From: Candidatus Hydrothermarchaeota archaeon
GTDB taxonomy: Archaea > CAYFZR01
Assembly (NCBI GenBank): GCA_046760505.1
Contig: JBHIEG010000013.1
Location: 1-57,020 of the forward strand
DNA: 57,020 nucleotides
Direction: 5' to 3'
Positions within the stretch are counted from its first letter, which is position 1; every line of letters begins with the position of its first letter. Position numbers and translations under genes: made by a program. Positions 48,097 to 57,020 of this stretch are shown here, one piece after another. Below the pieces are notes generated by a model, which was not told the origin of the DNA, searched no databases, and saw only the letters and a program-made list of their open reading frames with translations.

Positions 48097-49182
48097 TCAG
48101 GTCATTCTTAATTTTATTTTTGCTACTAATCTTTCCTCCAAAATAAGAATGGATGGTAATACCCCTAAAGCAGCCACCATACAGTAAAAGATACCGAGAG
48201 CAATCAGGTAACCCATCTGGTGCATGGTAGGTAATTCTCCGGCTAACAAAGATAAAAAGCCTGATATGGTCATTAATGCGGTAAAGAATATACCTCTCCC
48301 TGTTCCAAAAAGAACTCTTTCCAAGGCTTCCTCTATTGATTTTGTTTCTCTCTCCTTTCTGTATCTATGAATAACATGTATACCAAAGTCTACTCCTAAA
48401 CCAATGAGCATTGACCAAACTCCGATTGTAACCATAGATAGCTTTATTTTCATCCATCCAACAGTTCCCATCGTCCAAAATGTGCCAAGTAAAACCGGAG
48501 TCAATGTCAATAAGCCCCTGGTAAGAGAAAAGAAAGTCAGCATTACCACAACTAAGACGCCAAAGAAGGCATAGTATGTAGTCTTGCTCATGTCTTTCTG
48601 CATGAATCCATGTATCTCGTAACGTATTGGAGCAGTACCTGTGATTCCCACCTTCATATCGTAAGGCATTGGAGTGGTCTCAACGATTCTTTGAAGAGAA
48701 TCTACCAGACGTTTGATCTCCTTCTCATCATTCTTTATATCGCCACTAAGGGTTATGTAGGTTAATGTGTAATCGTCGTTTATCAATGGGCTCTGCGAAA
48801 CCAGTTTGTCTATTTTATCTTTACTGCTGGGTACACTCTTATATTCTTCCCAAACCTTATCGGCAATGCTCTGAGCACTTGTTATTCCTTCCTCTTGCAG
48901 GCATTTTCGCTCTATAAGAAGCATGGTTTCTATCACCTTTGGATCGCGAACATCTGGAGCTTCTACAACAAGATAAGTTCTGTCTACACCTCCGAATTCG
49001 TATCTCACATTTTTCATTGCTCTGATCTCCTCTATGTCTGGCATCATCTTCTCCTGATCTGTTTCCATCTGCATGTACCTCATACCGGCTAAGCAGAAAA
49101 GCGTGAAAAGAATTGCAAAGACAACGATTGGTTTGGGATGTCTTTCATGGACTCCTGCGAATCTTTGCAAGAAGGTTTCCAT
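48097..49182 (-). CDS. RND/MMPL-family transporter, half-size subunit
   Basis: GLGVDFGIH..HRY, TG.GIFFTALMTISGF. Confidence 0.85.
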   Translation of the reverse strand: METFLQRFAGVHERHPKPIVVFAILFTLFCLAGMRYMQMETDQEKMMPDIEEIRAMKNVRYEFGGVDRTYLVVEAPDVRDPKVIETMLLIERKCLQEEGITSAQSIADKVWEEYKSVPSSKDKIDKLVSQSPLINDDYTLTYITLSGDIKNDEKEIKRLVDSLQRIVETTPMPYDMKVGITGTAPIRYEIHGFMQKDMSKTTYYAFFGVLVVVMLTFFSLTRGLLTLTPVLLGTFWTMGTVGWMKIKLSMVTIGVWSMLIGLGVDFGIHVIHRYRKERETKSIEEALERVLFGTGRGIFFTALMTISGFLSLLAGELPTMHQMGYLIALGIFYCMVAALGVLPSILILEERLVAKIKLRMT

Positions 49183-50296
49183 CCTTTATACTCTCCATCA
49201 GTTTCTCCTCTAGACAAATGAATGAGGGAAGGACGCATATGGCTCCAATTAAACATGCCAGAATTCCCATTGCTAGGGTAAAACCAAGCCTCTGTATTCC
49301 AGGCATGGTGGCAAGCATTAACGAGCCAAAGCCAACCATCGTAGTGACAGCGGTAGATATAATTGCTATTCCTGTATCGGATACAGCTATCTCAATGGCT
49401 TCTTCCAATGTTTTCCCGCGTTTTCTTTCTTCCATAACTCGGTTCATGAGATGGACACCATAGGCTATACCTACACCGATGATCATTGCACCCATTCCCG
49501 CTGTTATAGTCGTTATAGGTATATTAAGGAGTCCAAGAATGCCTAAGGTCCAGATAACACCCATTACAACAGGTATTAAGGTTAATAAGCCTCTCGAAAT
49601 AGAATGAAATGCTATGACCATCAGAATAAAGATAATGAATAATCCAACGGTAGTTATAAGACTCATATCATGGACCATTAGCTGTAGCATCTTTACTATC
49701 AATATAGGCTGTCCTGTGATGCTTATAGATACTCCTGGAGGAATCAAAGATGTCTGGATGTCTTCATTAATTGCCTCTGCAAGCTTGGCAAGTTCATAAG
49801 GATTTGCTCCAATGTATGTTTTTACAAAAATTAGGGTCATTGTGTAATCAGAGTTTACAAAATTTTTTGCACTCGGATTCTTATCGATGACCTGTTTTAT
49901 GAGTTCCCTGGGCAACAAAGGCTGCTCGAAGAAATCAGCCAAACTGTTAATCTCCGTGACTTCGGGCTCTTTTTTAGCCAGATCCGTAATCTGCTTGAGG
50001 AAGTATATTAACCATGGATTTCTGATGTCTGTTTCTGTATAATCCGTAGTTTTCTCAGGATCTAGACTCACCAGAACCATTATAATGTTTCCCCCTGCAA
50101 GTTCATCCCTGATAAGGTTTTGAAGCTTGATTACATCTATGTCCTGAGGGATTTCCTTTGATATATCAGATTCAAGGCGAAGATTCGATATTCCTATAAT
50201 AGCTATTAGAGTTATGATCAAAGCAAGAACAGCTACAGAATAAGGTCTCTCGAATTGAAATCTTGCTAATCTTTTAAGAGATCTCTCGATCATCAT
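49145..50296 (-). CDS. RND/MMPL-family transporter, half-size subunit
   Basis: GVGIAYGVH, TG.AIISTAVTT.VGFGSL. Confidence 0.85.
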   Translation of the reverse strand: MMIERSLKRLARFQFERPYSVAVLALIITLIAIIGISNLRLESDISKEIPQDIDVIKLQNLIRDELAGGNIIMVLVSLDPEKTTDYTETDIRNPWLIYFLKQITDLAKKEPEVTEINSLADFFEQPLLPRELIKQVIDKNPSAKNFVNSDYTMTLIFVKTYIGANPYELAKLAEAINEDIQTSLIPPGVSISITGQPILIVKMLQLMVHDMSLITTVGLFIIFILMVIAFHSISRGLLTLIPVVMGVIWTLGILGLLNIPITTITAGMGAMIIGVGIAYGVHLMNRVMEERKRGKTLEEAIEIAVSDTGIAIISTAVTTMVGFGSLMLATMPGIQRLGFTLAMGILACLIGAICVLPSFICLEEKLMESIKDGNLLAKIRRSP

Positions 50297-51105
50297 ATTT
50301 TATCCGACCCTATGGGTCTGGCTTCGTTCCAGAAAAAATCATACATATTCTCCAGAGTGGATATTATATTCTGATCATTCGTCCAGATACCAAGAATTTC
50401 ACTGAGGTCCATTTTCTCTACATATGGAGAGGAAGAATGCAAGATCTCATTTCCGTCAACTATTACCATCCAAGAGTGAAAACCCTCATGTAACCTAATT
50501 TGAATGTGTTCCGGAATTAAATCAGCATCGTATTCACTTTCAGTTATCATTCTTGCTATGATCTGGGTACGAACCCTGTAAGATAGGAGCTTTTGACGAA
50601 TGCTTTCAAATTTTGAATCCTCTTGCTTACCTACTTGTATGAAAGGTGTAGCAATTTTAACTGTTTCTCTTGCGTTATCCAGCATTTCGAGGATCTTTTT
50701 TATCACATTTATCTTTCCTTTTACTACCCAAACCTGTCTGCCGACAGGAAGCGTTTTTGAATAGATGTTCTCTAGGTTTTGAGTAACTATTTCTTCCGCT
50801 TTTTGAAGTTCCTTCAAAATTTCCTGTATCGCGTTTCTGACTGCATACTTCGGTCTAACAGCCTTATAAACAATCGGTCTCCCTGGCTGTGACTCGACCC
50901 ACCCCTTTCGTTCCAAATCCTTCAAAACACTATAAAGCCTCGTATAAGGGATATCTGTTACGTCGCTAATTTCTCTGGGCGACATCAATCCTTTGATCAC
51001 GAGTGTTGCATAGGCATTGGACTCGTGTTCCGATAAACCAAATTGCCTAAGTGCTTTAGTAGTTTTTTCCAATTCTATGTTTTTTTCAACTTCCATTTCT
51101 ATCAT
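50293..51105 (-). CDS. TrmB-family transcriptional regulator
   Basis: FGLSEHESNAY, IPYTRLYSVL..LE.KGWV, GRP..Y. Confidence 0.88.
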   Translation of the reverse strand: MIEMEVEKNIELEKTTKALRQFGLSEHESNAYATLVIKGLMSPREISDVTDIPYTRLYSVLKDLERKGWVESQPGRPIVYKAVRPKYAVRNAIQEILKELQKAEEIVTQNLENIYSKTLPVGRQVWVVKGKINVIKKILEMLDNARETVKIATPFIQVGKQEDSKFESIRQKLLSYRVRTQIIARMITESEYDADLIPEHIQIRLHEGFHSWMVIVDGNEILHSSSPYVEKMDLSEILGIWTNDQNIISTLENMYDFFWNEARPIGSDKI

Positions 51106-51218
51106 ATTTCTATTTTTAAATTAAATTAGTTATTAAATTTTTTTAGTAAGATTTATATAAACTTTGTATTAAAAAATTTATCGATGATATAAGATGGTAT
51201 GAATGGAGGCGTGGAGAC

Positions 51219-53039
51219 TTGAGAAAAGTACTGAGCTTGCTGCTTATCTTCTCTCTTTTAACAGCACTTGGATCTGCGCAAAAAGAGGAAAAAGAAAAAA
51301 TACCCGGGATAAAAATAGGCTCCACCTTGCTGGATCCCACACATATAGATCCGGGGGACACGGTAAACCTGAACGTGCAAATAGAGAGCATTGGTGATGG
51401 TGCAGCATACGACTTAATTGTTTGGATCGAGCCTAAAGATGCCGAAACCGCTAAACATGCTAAGATTCTCAAATCAAGAGAGGTAATAGGCTTCGCTGGA
51501 GTTGGATCCGTTTATTTTCCGATGTTCAGGATTCAGTTCGATTATGAAACAAGAACAGGAGTATATGAATTTGATGTTTTTGCGTCATATGCAGACTTCA
51601 ATGGTAAGATCTATACGGTAAAGAAGACAGTTTGGCTTCCAGTATTCGGACAGGCAAGATTTGAGATAAAAGATGTGAAAACCATACCAAATGATTGTGA
51701 GCCAGGTTCTACCGCCACTTTGTACTTGACCATAAAGAACACGGGTTCATCTACAGCGAGAGATCTTCGAGTAGAATTTAATTCCCCTGCTCCATCTCCA
51801 CAATCAACCTCAGGATTTGAGATCACAAACATGGCAAATCTACTGAGTGGAATATCTTTAATGCCAGAGAAGACATGTCCCCCATGTCCAAAGGCGAGTT
51901 TACCTCTCACTTCGTCTGCTTCTCAACAAATTTCAGTTTCCACCTCAGAAATTATCAAGCCCATAGGATCTGCTTCTAGATTCATTGGTTCTCTGAGGGC
52001 AGGAGAAGAAAAAACTATTACATTTAGATTTTTTGTTGATAACAGTGCGCAAGATAATTCTTACGTGGTGCCAATACTGCTTAGATACGAAGAAGAGAGC
52101 GAGGCAGCGGTACATCAGCAGGAAATTGTTCAGGAAAGTAAATCGAGAACAATAACTCGTACGCGACAGATAGAGAATCAGGAACAAATAGAAATAATGA
52201 GAGTAGGTGTTCGAGTGAAAGGCATACCCGATCTTGCGATAGCCAATGTGATGACCGATCCAAAGCAGATTCGAATAGGATATGACTACGCAACCATTGA
52301 ATTAGATATAGAAAACAACGGAAAGGGTCCTGCTGAATCAGTTAGGGCTGAGCTTATCCCTGTCTATCCTTTCAAACCATCATGGTCAATGACAAATATC
52401 GCAAACATAGGGCTTTTAGAGCCTGGAGCAACAAAATCAGCAAAGTTCACGGTTGATGTAGCAGAGGATGCAAGGGCAGGCACATATGAGGTACCTTTAA
52501 TTCTCACATTCAAGGAAAGAGATGGAACCGAACATGAGGTTAATCACACCATAAACATAATGCTAAAAGGAAAACCAAGATTTGAATTATTTGATATAAA
52601 AACCGACCCGGCAAAGGTTAAGGCTGGAGAGAAGGTAAGACTTTCTTTCAAAATAAAGAATACAGGAAGCGAACAAGCAGAATCTGTTGATGTTAGAGTG
52701 ATAAAAAAGGCTGATCAGCCCTTTGACTTTGAGGAACGAAGCGATTTTATTGGCACTTTAGATCCCAATGATGTAGGAGAAGGTTCGCTAACATTTACGG
52801 TTAAAGATAATGCAGATATCAAGAAATATCTGCTTAAGATAAAGATAAATTGCGCTGGAGATAAGGAGGAGGGAGACATAAATGTATACACATATGAAAA
52901 ATCGATTCCAGTCGAAGTAGTTGGCAAGAAATTAAGAATAAGTGGAATTCTACTATTATTTTTGGTAATTCTTTTGGCAGGTGGCTATGGATATTACTAC
53001 GTTAGAAAAAGAAAGGAAAAAGAATCAGAGGCTGAATAA
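51219..53039 (+). CDS. COG1361 S-layer-domain cell-surface protein
   Basis: TTG start after GGAGGCGTGGAG, signal peptide, four Ig-like repeats, C-terminal TM + RKRK. Confidence 0.82.
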   Translation: MRKVLSLLLIFSLLTALGSAQKEEKEKIPGIKIGSTLLDPTHIDPGDTVNLNVQIESIGDGAAYDLIVWIEPKDAETAKHAKILKSREVIGFAGVGSVYFPMFRIQFDYETRTGVYEFDVFASYADFNGKIYTVKKTVWLPVFGQARFEIKDVKTIPNDCEPGSTATLYLTIKNTGSSTARDLRVEFNSPAPSPQSTSGFEITNMANLLSGISLMPEKTCPPCPKASLPLTSSASQQISVSTSEIIKPIGSASRFIGSLRAGEEKTITFRFFVDNSAQDNSYVVPILLRYEEESEAAVHQQEIVQESKSRTITRTRQIENQEQIEIMRVGVRVKGIPDLAIANVMTDPKQIRIGYDYATIELDIENNGKGPAESVRAELIPVYPFKPSWSMTNIANIGLLEPGATKSAKFTVDVAEDARAGTYEVPLILTFKERDGTEHEVNHTINIMLKGKPRFELFDIKTDPAKVKAGEKVRLSFKIKNTGSEQAESVDVRVIKKADQPFDFEERSDFIGTLDPNDVGEGSLTFTVKDNADIKKYLLKIKINCAGDKEEGDINVYTYEKSIPVEVVGKKLRISGILLLFLVILLAGGYGYYYVRKRKEKESEAE

Positions 53040-53065
53040 TATACTTTTATTTTTTCTAAATAATC

Positions 53066-53869
53066 TCATTTGATTGGAGTTGAGATGTTCCACTCCATCT
53101 CTGCGAAATATTTGAATATTGATACTATTCCTTCTCCGCTTGACCAAATCGCAGTCATATCTTTTAGACCGTTAAATGACTGGTCACCGAAAACAACAAT
53201 GAGAATTTCTCTGCCATCAACCAACAATAAGCCGCCCTTCATTACAATTGATTCATCATGAGTATTTCGAATTCTTATGTCGGCTTGGGGGATATCTTTT
53301 GATATTCTTTTGATTTCGCCCTCATTTGAGGCAACTATTCTTATTTTAACTCCTTTTTTTACTTTTTCAAGCAGAATAGGCCTTATGTTCTTAAAAATGG
53401 GGTATGCACTCGCAACATCCACAAAAAATGGATATGCAGCGATGAGTGTAATTTCTTCTTGAGAATTTTCGATCATCTCGACTGCTCTACCAATAACATT
53501 CTTTATTCCCTTAACAGACCATACTGCTTCTTCCTTAGGCTCAACCTCATCTGTTTTGTATATCTGCTCTAGATGCTCAAGAACTCTTTCAGATTTTGTT
53601 TTAAAATCATTCTTGAGTCTTTCAAGTGCTATTTTTGGAGATACAACCCTGTATTTCATAGGTTTGCCGTGCTGAATCTCGACAATCCCTTTCTCTATCA
53701 ACTTGTTCAAGGCTCCATAAACAGCTGATCTCGGAATGCCTGAAATTATATGAACATCTGAGGCAAGTCCAGACTTGATTTTGGTAAGCGCAGTATATGC
53801 CTTCGCTTCATATTCTGTAAGACCTAATTCTTTCAAAGATCTTATAACTCCTTCCTCGCTCATTTTCAT
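53066..53869 (-). CDS. TrmB-family transcriptional regulator
   Basis: LGLTEYEAKAY, SGIPRSAVY..L..L..KG.V, KPMKY. Confidence 0.9.
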   Translation of the reverse strand: MKMSEEGVIRSLKELGLTEYEAKAYTALTKIKSGLASDVHIISGIPRSAVYGALNKLIEKGIVEIQHGKPMKYRVVSPKIALERLKNDFKTKSERVLEHLEQIYKTDEVEPKEEAVWSVKGIKNVIGRAVEMIENSQEEITLIAAYPFFVDVASAYPIFKNIRPILLEKVKKGVKIRIVASNEGEIKRISKDIPQADIRIRNTHDESIVMKGGLLLVDGREILIVVFGDQSFNGLKDMTAIWSSGEGIVSIFKYFAEMEWNISTPIK

Positions 53870-53931
53870 TTCCCTCTATTCTCGTTTAATCTACAGAAAC
53901 ACTTATATATAGATTTTCATAAAATTAACAT

Positions 53932-53955
53932 TTCTGTATTTATTAAAATACTGAA
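53932..53955. promoter_or_regulatory. Imperfect inverted repeat TTCTGTATTT-atta-AAATACTGAA in divergent promoter region
   Basis: 10-4-10 with one mismatch between TrmB gene and radical SAM operon. Confidence 0.3.
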
Positions 53956-53977
53956 TAAAATTAAGAAGGGTTTCCTC

Positions 53978-55438
53978 ATGGATTTCATCAAACCTTCATT
54001 AATTTTAAAATCAGCTCTAGGAAATCCAGCAACAAGAAAACTGTTAAATTCGATCTCTTGCTGGTGCAAAGAGTGTCAGAAAAATAGACTAGAAGTTGCA
54101 ATTGATCTCTGGATTGATAGAAGGAGAGAAGCATGTATAAAATGCAGATCTGCAGAAAAAATTCTATCAAAATTACTGGAAATAGGCTCAATATCATTTG
54201 GAGTTTCTGAAAAAGAAATAAGAAATACATTCTCAGATCCATACTATGGAAAAGGTCTAGCCTGCGTGCTTAAGGGTATTGCAAAATTCGGCATAACAAA
54301 GCCATTTACTCCCGGATCTCCATTCATGGTTGTTTGGGATATTACCCACGCATGTAATCTAAAGTGCAAGCATTGCTATGCAACTGCTGATAAAAATTCT
54401 AAGAACGAATTAAATACAGAAAAAGCCAAACTTGTAATAGATAAGCTAGATAGAGCAGGAGTTCCAATAATCGCATTTTCAGGGGGAGAACCTTTAGTTA
54501 GAAAAGATTTTTTTGAAATATCAAGTTATGCGTCCGGAAAAGGAATGTACGTTGCGATTGCGACAAATGCTACCTTAATAGATAAAGAAACGGCAAGGAA
54601 AATGAAAGATGCAGGTATAAGATACGTACAAATTTCATTGGATGGATCAAATCCAGAAACGCATGACGATTTTAGGGGCAAAGAAGGGGTTTTTGAAAGA
54701 ACAATTGAGGGAATAAAGAATTGCGTAGATCAAAATTTTTTCGTAAATATCTCGACTGTTGCGACTCATTGTAATTACGAGGAAATTCCTGAGATCATAG
54801 ATCTTTCTGAAAAACTAGGTGCTGACTGGTTTATGGTTTATAATTTTATACCGGTTGGAAGAGGAAAAGAAATTAAAGAACAAGATTTAACTCCTAAAGA
54901 AAGAGAAAAGCTTTTAAAAATTCTTTGGAGAGAATTGAAAGCAAGAAAAAAAATAAACGTTCTAACAACCGCTCCACAGTACGCGAGAATTGCCTTGCAG
55001 GCGGAGATAGGTGATAGAAAAATAGTACCAACTCACTTCTACAATTTAGAGTTTCAAGGAAAATTGGTAAACTTGGCTGAATTCATTGGAGGTTGCGGAG
55101 CAGGTCGCTTCTATTGCGCGATAAGACCACAAGGCAATATTGAACCATGCGTTTTCTTCCATTTAAAGGTTGGCAACATTATAGATGAAGATTTAGAGAA
55201 GATCTGGGAAAATAACAATATTTTTAGGGAGTTGAGAAATAAGGATTTGTTGAAACCAATGTGTGGAACCTGTGAGTACAGATACAATTGCGGCGGTTGC
55301 AGGGCAAGGGCCCTTAGTTATTTTGGAGATTACCTGGCACCAGATCCAGGATGTATAAAAAATGAATCTTACATGGGTTTAAGTAACGAAATGATTTTTA
55401 CCAATGAAAAAATACTTAGTGGGGAGGGTTACGATTGA
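53978..55438 (+). CDS. Radical SAM/SPASM enzyme with Cys-containing N-terminal extension; candidate GMGT (H-shaped tetraether) synthase
   Basis: VVWDITHACNLKCKHCYA, FSGGEP, GGCGAGRFYC, CGTCEYRYNCGGCRARA, DPGC; the specific function is my recollection of the family and is unverified. Confidence 0.65.
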   Translation: MDFIKPSLILKSALGNPATRKLLNSISCWCKECQKNRLEVAIDLWIDRRREACIKCRSAEKILSKLLEIGSISFGVSEKEIRNTFSDPYYGKGLACVLKGIAKFGITKPFTPGSPFMVVWDITHACNLKCKHCYATADKNSKNELNTEKAKLVIDKLDRAGVPIIAFSGGEPLVRKDFFEISSYASGKGMYVAIATNATLIDKETARKMKDAGIRYVQISLDGSNPETHDDFRGKEGVFERTIEGIKNCVDQNFFVNISTVATHCNYEEIPEIIDLSEKLGADWFMVYNFIPVGRGKEIKEQDLTPKEREKLLKILWRELKARKKINVLTTAPQYARIALQAEIGDRKIVPTHFYNLEFQGKLVNLAEFIGGCGAGRFYCAIRPQGNIEPCVFFHLKVGNIIDEDLEKIWENNNIFRELRNKDLLKPMCGTCEYRYNCGGCRARALSYFGDYLAPDPGCIKNESYMGLSNEMIFTNEKILSGEGYD

Positions 55439-56769
55439 GAGTCCTTTTTATAAATCCACCTTATCCGGGATTGTATCAGAAATTGGGTTTCAAGATACCT
55501 CCTCTAGGTCTAGCATATATTGCGGCTATTTTAGAGAAAAAAGGATTCAAATCTCATATAATGGACTTAAACTTAGTAAAAGAAAAAATTGACGTGAAAA
55601 ACTACGACGCAATAGGAATTTCAACATTAACTCCAACAATAAAGAGGGCAATAGAAATAGCCAAACAAATAAAATCAATTGATGATGAGATTCCAATTGT
55701 CATGGGAGGGCCCCATGCTACAATCATGGATAAGCAAGTTTTGGAAACCGGTTTTGTTGATTTTGTGGTAAGAGGAGAAGGAGAATACACGTTTCTATAT
55801 CTTTTAGAAGCATTAGAGGGTATAAGAGACTTTAAATCAGTGGATGGAATTTCATACATGGAAGGAGAAAGATACATCAGAAACAATGATAGTGAATTCA
55901 TTGAAGACTTAGATAATTTGCCTTTTCCTGCACGTCATCTGCTTAAATTAAAGAAATATACCAAACATACGACAACAATGATATCAAGTAGAGGCTGTCC
56001 TTTCTCCTGCTCTTTCTGCACAACTCCAAAGATTTCAGGGAGAAAATGGAGAGCTAGATCTCCTAAGAATGTTGTAGATGAGATGCTAGAAATAAAAGAA
56101 AGATTTGGATTTGAAAACATAAGTTTCGTGGATGATAATTTTACCCTTGATCCTTCAAGGGTCATCGAGATCTGTGAGGAAATTGAGCGAAGAAAAATCG
56201 ATATATCTTGGGGATGTGAATCCAGAGTTGATACCATCGTTAATAATCCATCAATGGTTAAAAAAATGGCAAATGCAGGATGTAACATAGTTTTTTTAGG
56301 AGTTGAAAGCGCCAACCAAAAGGTACTGGACGATTACGATAAAAAAATAGATGTTAATCAGATTCAAAATGCCTTCAGAATACTTAGAGAAAGCGATATA
56401 GAAATATGGGCAAGTTTTATAATTGGAAATCCAGATGAAGACAAGGAAATGATTGAAAATACGATTGAATTCGCAAAGAATCTTGATCCAGATGTTGCCC
56501 AGTTCTCAATACTAACTCCATACCCTGGAACCCTTCTCTATGAGAAGGTTAAGGAAATGATAACAAGAAAGGACTTCGATTTTTACGATGGTTTGCATGC
56601 AGTTATGAGAACGAAGTTTTTGAAACCTAAAGAAATTGAAGAAATGTTAAGAAAAGCATACAAAAAATTCTATCTTCGTCCAAAAAAGATATTGAGAGGT
56701 GCAATAGAAATATACGGAGATTTCATAAGGACTTTGGATTTTAAAATCAGTGATTTATCCCAAACTTAA
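55435..56769 (+). CDS. B12-binding radical SAM enzyme (class B methyltransferase-like); candidate tetraether lipid methylase
   Basis: PPLGLAYIAA, GGPHAT, GEGE, SRGCPFSCSFC, FVDDNF, GVES, TPYPGT. Confidence 0.75.
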   Translation: MRVLFINPPYPGLYQKLGFKIPPLGLAYIAAILEKKGFKSHIMDLNLVKEKIDVKNYDAIGISTLTPTIKRAIEIAKQIKSIDDEIPIVMGGPHATIMDKQVLETGFVDFVVRGEGEYTFLYLLEALEGIRDFKSVDGISYMEGERYIRNNDSEFIEDLDNLPFPARHLLKLKKYTKHTTTMISSRGCPFSCSFCTTPKISGRKWRARSPKNVVDEMLEIKERFGFENISFVDDNFTLDPSRVIEICEEIERRKIDISWGCESRVDTIVNNPSMVKKMANAGCNIVFLGVESANQKVLDDYDKKIDVNQIQNAFRILRESDIEIWASFIIGNPDEDKEMIENTIEFAKNLDPDVAQFSILTPYPGTLLYEKVKEMITRKDFDFYDGLHAVMRTKFLKPKEIEEMLRKAYKKFYLRPKKILRGAIEIYGDFIRTLDFKISDLSQT

Positions 56770-56792
56770 ATAAGTCAAATTTTATTGAGGAT

Positions 56793-56978
56793 TTACTCCC
56801 TATCGATTATTAGTTTACCTCCAATACCTACGTTTTCAGGAGGATTCTCCTTTATTAAAACTAAGAAGACTTCCTTTTGCATTTTATAAACTTTTGCAGC
56901 AACTTCTGTAAATTCTTCCACCAATTTTCTCTTTGATTCAACATCTAACGGAGGTCCTTCTACAATTATATTGGGCAT
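56793..56978 (-). CDS. 4-oxalocrotonate tautomerase-family protein (DmpI-like)
   Basis: MPNIIVEG (catalytic Pro1), KRKLVEEFT, ENVGIGGKL; start moved to 56978. Confidence 0.88.
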   Translation of the reverse strand: MPNIIVEGPPLDVESKRKLVEEFTEVAAKVYKMQKEVFLVLIKENPPENVGIGGKLIIDRE

Positions 56979-57020
56979 ATTCATCACCTCTAAATTTAAC
57001 TTTAATTTATTTATCTATAA

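Overview
AT-rich, gene-dense archaeal (euryarchaeal-type) chromosomal segment. I found no rRNA, tRNA, CRISPR array, transposase or integrase. It carries C1/methanofuran genes (fwdG-D-B-A-C, mfnB, a HisA-related protein), archaeal lipid genes (carS, class II HMG-CoA reductase, and a radical SAM/SPASM + B12-radical SAM pair resembling the GMGT synthase/methylase pair), SAM recycling genes (ahcY, MTA/SAH deaminase), sulfur-relay parts (SufS-like desulfurase, JAMM protease, SAMP/MoaD) and several ABC and RND/COG1361 export modules. Four features stand out. (i) A cluster of three membrane-anchored multiheme c-type cytochromes (12+12+6 heme motifs) converges on the fwd operon, and elsewhere a monoheme cytochrome is fused to an S-layer-type domain; together these suggest a surface electron-transfer conduit. 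(ii) Two tandem paralog pairs contain base-identical patches (530 bp and 107 bp) inside otherwise diverged genes, pointing to gene conversion or assembly collapse. (iii) A ~380 bp intergenic array of covarying hairpins (39167-39547) has a ~127 bp period and runs into the end of a coding sequence. (iv) A nitrogenase component-1-like gene has no nif partners in the window. All family calls come from motif recognition by eye; no database search was run.
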